Positions 25,371 to 31,235 of a stretch of DNA of 31,235 bases are shown here, piece after piece. The stretch comes from Thermoplasmatota archaeon (lineage in GTDB: Archaea > Thermoplasmatota > E2 > DHVEG-1), in assembly GCA_048629575.1 (NCBI GenBank), contig JAIWHQ010000001.1, forward strand, positions 1 to 31,235. The letters are read 5' to 3'. Position 1 is the first letter of the stretch. Each line of letters begins with the position of its first letter. The position numbers and the translations under genes were made by a program. Under the pieces are notes generated by a model. The model saw only the letters and a program-made list of their open reading frames with translations, was not told the origin of the DNA and made no database searches.

Positions 25371-26615
25371 TTATTTTACAAATTCTTTGTAAATATCCAG
25401 TGTTCTTTTTGCAACAGCATCCCAGCTGAAAACATCTATTGCTCGTTTTCTTCCGTTTTTACCCATTTGAACGCCTTTATCATCTAATGATAAAACCTGT
25501 TTGATACCCCATGCGATATCGTTTGGATCAAATGGATTTATATGAACACCACATTGGTCCTTACCACTAGCAACTATTTGTTCACGAAAACCACTTGTCC
25601 CTCTTGCTCCTACGACAACGGGTTTTGCCATAGACATCGCTTCTGTGGAGACAATGCCAAATGGTTCATAAAGAGACGGAAGTATAACGATATCACTTGC
25701 TGCATAGTGTAAAATACGTTCTTCTTCAGTTACAAATTCAGTTCTTAATATGATTTTTCCGTCTAGCCCCAACTCTTTTATCCGGTTTTTGATATCACTC
25801 TCCATATCACCAATTCCCAGAAGTACAAGTTTGGTGTTTGGAAACTCCTTTAAAACATTTGGCATCGCTTCAACCAGTTTATCTGCACCTTTTACCGTTA
25901 CAAGACGTCCGATGAAAAAAAGCATGGTTTCATCATCTTTAACTCCATATCTTTGTCTAAGGTTTTTCTTATCTTGTTGCGGTATCTTATCGGGATCGTA
26001 TTTGTTTGGGTCTATCCCGTTCCAACAAACCCTGATTTTTTCTTCAGGAAAACCTAATTTTTTGAGTTCATCCTTCATGGCATAAGATACGGTTATAACA
26101 CAATCGGCAATTTGCCCTCCTTCAAATTCGATATCTTTAATTGTTTGAGAGCCGCCTCCAACAGATCTTCCCACCTCTGTTGAATGAACATGAAACATCA
26201 GTGGTATATCTAACGCTTTTTTAGCAACGATCCCTCCCATGATTCCAAGCCAGTCATGGGCATCAATAACATCAAAAGATTTACCACCATTGTCAGTAAT
26301 TAAGTTGACAAGTCTGGATGCGGAAAATAAATTATAGCTTATTACATCTGAGAAAAACTGAAAATTATCCCCCCAATTTTTTAATTCTTGATTTGTATAC
26401 ATATGAAGAGTAGATGCGATATCAATATTTTTTGGCCTATAAACAGTGATACCTTTCCAGCTATCTGACGTTTTATGTTTATTTTGATCATTTAAAGAAA
26501 AAACCGTAATTTCGTTACCCATCGCCATTTGTTTTTGGGTAATTTCAGTAGCAAACGTTCCCAGCCCGCCAAAGATTACTGGTGGAAACTCCCAAGAAAA
26601 ATGCACGATTTTCAT
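25371..26615 (-). CDS. GT4 glycosyltransferase (glycogen synthase-like)
   Basis: WEFPPVIFGGLG, DAHDW, HVHSTE, FIGRL..KG, PSLYEPFGIV; GAGGAG SD. ATG at 26615 preferred over TTG at 26621. Confidence 0.9.
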   Translation of the reverse strand: MKIVHFSWEFPPVIFGGLGTFATEITQKQMAMGNEITVFSLNDQNKHKTSDSWKGITVYRPKNIDIASTLHMYTNQELKNWGDNFQFFSDVISYNLFSASRLVNLITDNGGKSFDVIDAHDWLGIMGGIVAKKALDIPLMFHVHSTEVGRSVGGGSQTIKDIEFEGGQIADCVITVSYAMKDELKKLGFPEEKIRVCWNGIDPNKYDPDKIPQQDKKNLRQRYGVKDDETMLFFIGRLVTVKGADKLVEAMPNVLKEFPNTKLVLLGIGDMESDIKNRIKELGLDGKIILRTEFVTEEERILHYAASDIVILPSLYEPFGIVSTEAMSMAKPVVVGARGTSGFREQIVASGKDQCGVHINPFDPNDIAWGIKQVLSLDDKGVQMGKNGRKRAIDVFSWDAVAKRTLDIYKEFVK

Positions 26616-26639
26616 ACTCAACCATCTCTCCTCATTAAA

Positions 26640-27824
26640 TTAATCTAATCTATGCTTTAAATCCTGAAGGATATTCATATAATTAATAAAACCATCATAG
26701 GGAACGTCATACGGACTGAAATATGCATGAACATTGCCATCCTCAAATCCTTTTGTTGAGACATAGTAAAGATGATCTGATGTTTGCAGTAGGCGCCATG
26801 TATGCAATAACTCTTTATCATCATGTTGTCTCAACTTTCGTCCGATATCTCGAAGCTCATTAAAGCAGGCGATCTGCATATCGTTCCCAAGCCATGTGGA
26901 GACATCTCGATCTTCATCTGCCCATGAAATCGCCCAAGGAACATCAATTTCACCAACTGGCTCGTATCTCTCAGCTGCTTCACTAACAGTGACAAAGTCA
27001 AGATGGTTATGTTTCAATACCTCTCCAGGAAGGTGTCGTACGAAATCAAATATACCTGTCTCAGTCCATTGATGCTCTCCAAATGTTTCATAGTCCATAA
27101 AGAGATTAATAAGATCTCCTTCGCAGTGAGACATCCAACGTGCATATTTATCTGCAGTAAGTGGAAAACCAGGCCAATCACGAGCTGAAAATCGAAAACC
27201 AACATCATCACTGAGTTTATAGTTTCTCAGAAGTACTTTGAGATCTGCATTCACTGGTTTATATATGAAGTTTGGTGAACGCCAGCCTAAAATCCTGTCC
27301 GAACCTTCAGTAATAATTCCTTTGTAACCTAGTTCTGCAATTTTTTTTGCGATACGATTATCATAGATAGCTTCTGTGTTTCTGAAAACCTTTGGCGTAT
27401 AGTTGAAGATTCTTTTGATCATCTGCCGATGCATTTTTACTTGTTCTTCAAATTCATCAAGTTCATCATATAATGAGGATAACGAGTGAAAATAGGTTTC
27501 TTCAATGAAATCAACAGCACCTGTTCGAAATAATTCTTTAAAACTGTCAAGAACTGCCGGCATAAATCGCTCACAGTATTCAACAAATGTTCCCGTGAGA
27601 CTGAACGATATTCTAAATTTACCATCAAATTCATGTATTAAATCAAGAAGAAGTTTGTTTGTTGGAAGATAGCATTTGTTCGCTACTTTTTCAAATATTT
27701 CTACATTCAGTTTTTTATCAAAATATGTGGAAAGGGAATCCATATTTTGACCAATGTTAAATACTGAAAAATGATTGAGTCGCATTGGTTGATGTACTTC
27801 AAAATAGAAACAGACAGAAGGCAT
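26640..27824 (-). CDS. GH57 alpha-amylase-type glycoside hydrolase
   Basis: FEVHQP, ETYFHSL, FRNTE (nucleophile Glu), MDYETFGEH (acid/base Asp), SWAD, LQTSDHLYY. Confidence 0.92.
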   Translation of the reverse strand: MPSVCFYFEVHQPMRLNHFSVFNIGQNMDSLSTYFDKKLNVEIFEKVANKCYLPTNKLLLDLIHEFDGKFRISFSLTGTFVEYCERFMPAVLDSFKELFRTGAVDFIEETYFHSLSSLYDELDEFEEQVKMHRQMIKRIFNYTPKVFRNTEAIYDNRIAKKIAELGYKGIITEGSDRILGWRSPNFIYKPVNADLKVLLRNYKLSDDVGFRFSARDWPGFPLTADKYARWMSHCEGDLINLFMDYETFGEHQWTETGIFDFVRHLPGEVLKHNHLDFVTVSEAAERYEPVGEIDVPWAISWADEDRDVSTWLGNDMQIACFNELRDIGRKLRQHDDKELLHTWRLLQTSDHLYYVSTKGFEDGNVHAYFSPYDVPYDGFINYMNILQDLKHRLD

Positions 27825-28933
27825 TATGCTATTCCTCTGTAAACATCAAGTGTTTTTTCTGCAACGCGATCCCAAGTAAACAGGTCTATCTCTCTTTTTG
27901 AATTTTCATTTATTGTGTTTCTTAAGGCATCATATCGTAACAGGGCAATAATCTTATTTGCCATCTCATCAGTATCCCAAAAGTCAGCCCTTAGACAATT
28001 TTGAAATGCTTCAGAGACACCAGCAGTTTTTGAGACAATAGTAGGTGTACCCGCAGAAATAGCCTCAAGAGCAGTAATTCCAAACGGTTCACTCACCGAT
28101 GGCATAACATACACGCTGGATATCTGGTAGATATGTCTCACTTCTTCTTCAGTCAGTTTACCAGTGAAAATAATGCGATTTGAAATCCCCATATCAACTG
28201 CTTGGCTTATCAACTTTGGAAGCATATCGCCGATTCCTGCTACAACAAATTGGGTGTCTTCATGCTCTAGGACTTTTTTTGCGGTTTTTAAGAAAAACTC
28301 TGGACCTTTCTGAATGGTGAGTCTTCCTAGGAATAGCACGATGTTCTTTTTTTCACCTTCCCCAATTGGATACACTGCATTATGGACCACAGTTATCTTA
28401 TCAGGGGTTATACCGTATTTTTCAACAATTACTCTTTTTGTGAAATGACTGACGGCAATGATTTTGTCTGCTTTTTCCATGCCTTCTCGCTCAATATCAA
28501 TAAACCATTGATTTGGATAAAGCCAGCCTGACCGATCATACTCAGTTGAATGGACCGTAAGAACAAGTGGAGTGCCTGTTTTTTCTTTGATTGCTACTCC
28601 TGCCTTCATAGTAAGCCAGTCATGACAGTGGATGGCATCATATTTTCCTTTTACCTTTGAGACGAGAAGTTCGTTATATCGATATACTGCTTCAAAAAAC
28701 TGCCCTGCAAGTTCCTTATCTTCAGGTCGATCGTAGGGAAATATTTCTGTCTCTCCAACTTCAATTATTTTTAAATTATCTTTATCGTTATCAAATTTAT
28801 GCTTGGTTTTTGGCATATAGAAATCTACTTTTACGTCTTTATCGGCAAGGCTACGAGTAAGACCGTAACAATGGGTTCCAAGACCCCCCACCTTGAACGG
28901 CGGGTATTCCCATCCAAGCATAGCCACTTTCAT
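27824..28933 (-). CDS. GT4 glycosyltransferase (glycogen synthase-like)
   Basis: WEYPPFKVGGLG, HCHDW, TVHSTEYDR, FLGRLTIQKG, PSVSEPFGI; AGGTGAGG SD; 1-nt overlap with the GH57 start. Confidence 0.92.
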   Translation of the reverse strand: MKVAMLGWEYPPFKVGGLGTHCYGLTRSLADKDVKVDFYMPKTKHKFDNDKDNLKIIEVGETEIFPYDRPEDKELAGQFFEAVYRYNELLVSKVKGKYDAIHCHDWLTMKAGVAIKEKTGTPLVLTVHSTEYDRSGWLYPNQWFIDIEREGMEKADKIIAVSHFTKRVIVEKYGITPDKITVVHNAVYPIGEGEKKNIVLFLGRLTIQKGPEFFLKTAKKVLEHEDTQFVVAGIGDMLPKLISQAVDMGISNRIIFTGKLTEEEVRHIYQISSVYVMPSVSEPFGITALEAISAGTPTIVSKTAGVSEAFQNCLRADFWDTDEMANKIIALLRYDALRNTINENSKREIDLFTWDRVAEKTLDVYRGIA

Positions 28934-29441
28934 CGTCCTTTTTCCTCACCTAAACATTGTTTTCATAGCTGATCTGTATGTGTTAATACACTATATACAT
29001 CTCTCTTTTTAATCTACCTAAATCTAGCATTATTTTTCTCTTATGTAGAGCAATCCGCGAGTTATAGAACCTACTTTTTATCTTTAAATCTTTCGTTTTT
29101 TTTAAGACTACATATGAGAGGTTCCTGAACGAATCGTCTTTGCTTTTAACCCAGGATTTTGACGTAATTACTTTTATGTATTTTAACTCCCAAAGGGACA
29201 CTCGTCAGACTCTTACTAGTATCTGTGATATGGTTTATTGGGTTATAATAGTATCTAAAAAATGTATAAAAATTTAAATAATATAAAATGTAATATATAA
29301 TATACAAATGTATAAAATAAAATGTTTGGGAAACAGAAAAATAACCATGCAATGTACCTATACACCCAGGAGGTCTTTGTTTAACTTACATGTAATCTTA
29401 TTTTATTATCCTTATAAAATAAATCAAACGAGGCAATTTAA

Positions 29442-29741
29442 ATGAAAGAAGACGAAAACATTTCAATTAAACAGGCAATGGATGAACTCTTAGAGACAAA
29501 TATTTTTAAGAAAGTGGCAAAGAGAAATAACCGAGATTTCGCTCAAAAACTTGCGATGTGGCTTGTTAGATACATCTTGATTATTTCTTCCATGAATGAA
29601 TATTTAAAAATAAATCTGGAAGTGGTTTTACTAAAGCTACATGGAGAAAAATTCAAAAAAATCTTGGAAGTTACAGACAGAACTTTTAATGTCGTCTACG
29701 AAGATTCAGATTCAGATAATTATAATAAATACATCTGGTAA
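29442..29741 (+). CDS. Hypothetical protein (99 aa)
   Basis: GAGG upstream of the ATG, AT-rich promoter region, plausible helical composition; no family recognised. Confidence 0.55.
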   Translation: MKEDENISIKQAMDELLETNIFKKVAKRNNRDFAQKLAMWLVRYILIISSMNEYLKINLEVVLLKLHGEKFKKILEVTDRTFNVVYEDSDSDNYNKYIW

Positions 29742-29834
29742 AAAGTAGAAAAACTCCCTATTTGATAGCAGGATTTAAAAAATAAAGAAATGGCTGAGAG
29801 ATTTTGTTTTTTCTCTCAAAACCTATATTTTTAT

Positions 29835-30395
29835 CTAGAAAGTGTGGTGTTGTTTCCAGTATTCTTTTAACTCATCTAATGTTTTATCTAGGCAAATGGT
29901 GTCTTTTACATCGCTTATGTAGTTTGTTGGTATTGGCATCAATGTGTTGTATGGGAATTTGTAGGTATCACATATAAAGGGGTCTACAAGGACTCCGTAG
30001 TTCTTGTATGTTCCATCGCTTTCTACCCAGGTATAGAATGTTCCAACTCGTGAGCAGTTCTTGTCGTAGATAGGCATGTCAATTAATTCATCTGTCGGAC
30101 AGGTTTTATGGCCGCAATGAACTGTTTTATTCCAAAAGCGACCTAATTCCTCGGTTGTTTTGTTCAGGGTTACGTGTTCACCTATTTCTCTTATATAATC
30201 GCTGTATATTGGTACCAACTTGTTTGTTCCTCTAAACCAGGTATCTCGTGTGTTTTCATTTGCTCTTATACCAAAGAAACAACCAGGGTATTCATTGTTC
30301 CAACTATTCCAGCTTTTATCTATTGTACCTATTGTGTTTCCATTTGTATCAAAAACTTCTTTTCCTACTAACTCATATGGGTTGTTTACTTTCAT
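29835..30395 (-). CDS. Tandem PRC-barrel domain protein
   Basis: Two repeats: ELVGKEVFDTNGNTIGTI...IREIGEHVTLNKTTEEL and ELIDMPIYDKNCSRVGTF...ISDVKDTICLDKTLDEL. GAGGAG SD 9 nt before ATG 30395 (alternative start 30404). Confidence 0.75.
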   Translation of the reverse strand: MKVNNPYELVGKEVFDTNGNTIGTIDKSWNSWNNEYPGCFFGIRANENTRDTWFRGTNKLVPIYSDYIREIGEHVTLNKTTEELGRFWNKTVHCGHKTCPTDELIDMPIYDKNCSRVGTFYTWVESDGTYKNYGVLVDPFICDTYKFPYNTLMPIPTNYISDVKDTICLDKTLDELKEYWKQHHTF

Positions 30396-30437
30396 AGTAC
30401 ACATCTCCTCAATTTTTATCCCTTTATGTACTAGCCC

Positions 30438-30530
30438 CTATATAAAATATGTGATACTGTAAAAAACCCACATCGCGGGATTAAAGATTTCCCGTTACTC
30501 GACTATTACAACATCACATATATTATATAG
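30438..30530. promoter_or_regulatory. Divergent promoter region with a 25-bp inverted repeat (22/25 match)
   Basis: CTATATAAAATATGTGATACTGTAA (30438-30462) versus the reverse complement of 30506-30530, CTATATAATATATGTGATGTTGTAA; each arm holds an outward-facing TATA-like box. Confidence 0.6.
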
Positions 30531-30688
30531 ACCTTTCTGCATCTATTAAAGCAATTAGCGAGGGTAAAATCAAGGGATGTGGAATTTTAACTTCAATGGT
30601 ACCTCTTTACGTACCTTCTTACTTGCTCTCTTTGTTCTACCTTCGGTTAATCTTGAAAAAAGTCGAATACCGCAAGAGGGTTGAAAGT

Positions 30689-31235
30689 ATGAAAAATAGA
30701 CGAGCAGATACTGGAGTATCTGAGGTAATAGGAATTGTTTTACTATTGGTGATGGCTATAGCGCTTTTCTCTACCATTTATCTCTTCGTCATGGACGAGG
30801 CACTAGACGTTCAGGAAAAAGCCTCACCATCCGCAACTGTGCTTGGAACAATTGGAGGAAGTGATATAATATTAGAACATCGTGGTGGAGATGCATTGAG
30901 CTTGGATACGAAAATCATGATAACTATATCTGGTGTGACCTACAATATGACCGTTGGAGACCTGTTAGACGATGAATCCAAGGGGAACGGAAAGTGGAAT
31001 ATAGGTGAAAAACTATCCTATGCTCCATCTTTGGATATAACAGGCCGACAGGTTAGAATTCTGGTCATTGATGAGGAAAGCGGTTCAATGATAATGCAGG
31101 GAATTCTTCAAGAGGGAGATACATCGGTGGATCCGTTTGTTATTACTAGATATGCTACTAATGTTCTGAGCTATTCGGCGAAGTTGTGGATGGATTATGA
31201 TTTAAAAAACTACTCTGGGTATTTGGGATTTGCAT
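30689..31235 (+). CDS. Archaeal type IV pilin-like protein (DUF1628-type N-terminus), 3' partial (absent from the ORF track)
   Basis: My translation: MKNRRADTG/VSEVIGIVLLLVMAIALFSTIYLFV class III signal peptide, IILEHRGGDAL, GKWNIGEKL; open to the window end; GAGGG SD. Confidence 0.88.
   Translation, partial: MKNRRADTGVSEVIGIVLLLVMAIALFSTIYLFVMDEALDVQEKASPSATVLGTIGGSDIILEHRGGDALSLDTKIMITISGVTYNMTVGDLLDDESKGNGKWNIGEKLSYAPSLDITGRQVRILVIDEESGSMIMQGILQEGDTSVDPFVITRYATNVLSYSAKLWMDYDLKNYSGYLGFA

Noticed and set aside
28983-29352. ORFs 28983-29201 and 29146-29352
   Set aside because: No SD, AT-driven composition (Lys- or Tyr/Ile-rich), mutually overlapping and lying in the glycogen operon promoter region; probably spurious.
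29795-29818. Hairpin TGAGAGA-N10-TCTCTCA between convergent genes
   Set aside because: A 7-bp low-GC stem; could be part of a terminator but is too weak to call.
109-30462. Numerous 60-220 aa ORF-track entries antisense to or nested in long genes (e.g. 1986-2336, 4627-4929, 11985-12332, 16298-16711, 16884-17546, 22701-23084, 25750-26085)
   Set aside because: Shadow ORFs of well-supported genes on the other strand or frame; no motifs or SD support.
1-31235. CRISPR array, tRNA/rRNA genes, transposase/integrase, defence systems
   Set aside because: No regularly spaced repeats, cloverleaf-compatible sequence or recombinase/transposase motifs were found by eye; a tRNAscan-SE/Infernal run would be needed to exclude small RNAs fully.

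Overview
AT-rich archaeal DNA with GGAGG/GGTGA Shine-Dalgarno motifs, TATA boxes and oligo-T terminators. The gene content (paired gingipain-like C25 peptidases, an M14 carboxypeptidase, NosD-type beta-helix protein, archaeal pilin) points to Thermoplasmatota, most likely a Marine Benthic Group D (Thermoprofundales)-like sediment archaeon; this is inferred, not measured. Layout: (1) 1-11.2 kb, a minus-strand cluster of secreted proteins (two C25 paralogs, M14 peptidase, beta-propeller protein, exported beta-sheet protein) interrupted by a plus-strand DASS transporter + USP pair; (2) 11.2-15.1 kb, an orphan ORF, a broken CBS-pair gene, an unannotated 34-codon membrane ORF with a perfect 16-bp palindrome upstream and a switchable hairpin downstream, converging on a dsRBD-less RNase III that follows a radical SAM/HhH gene; (3) 15.3-17.9 kb, stand-alone Lrp/AsnC ligand-binding (RAM) domain + EamA-RAM fusion + M29 aminopeptidase; (4) NosD-like protein, purF and a wHTH protein; (5) 21.8-28.9 kb, glycogen cluster (GT35 phosphorylase, GH133 debranching enzyme, two GT4, GH57); (6) an orphan, a tandem PRC-barrel protein and a partial archaeal pilin gene, the last two sharing a mirror-image divergent promoter. 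I saw no tRNA, rRNA, CRISPR array or transposase. All family calls come from motif recognition by eye, with no database searches. Best candidates for undescribed biology: the RAM/EamA-RAM/aminopeptidase operon, the small-ORF/hairpin/RNase III/radical SAM locus, and a shared C-terminal module on unrelated secreted proteins.
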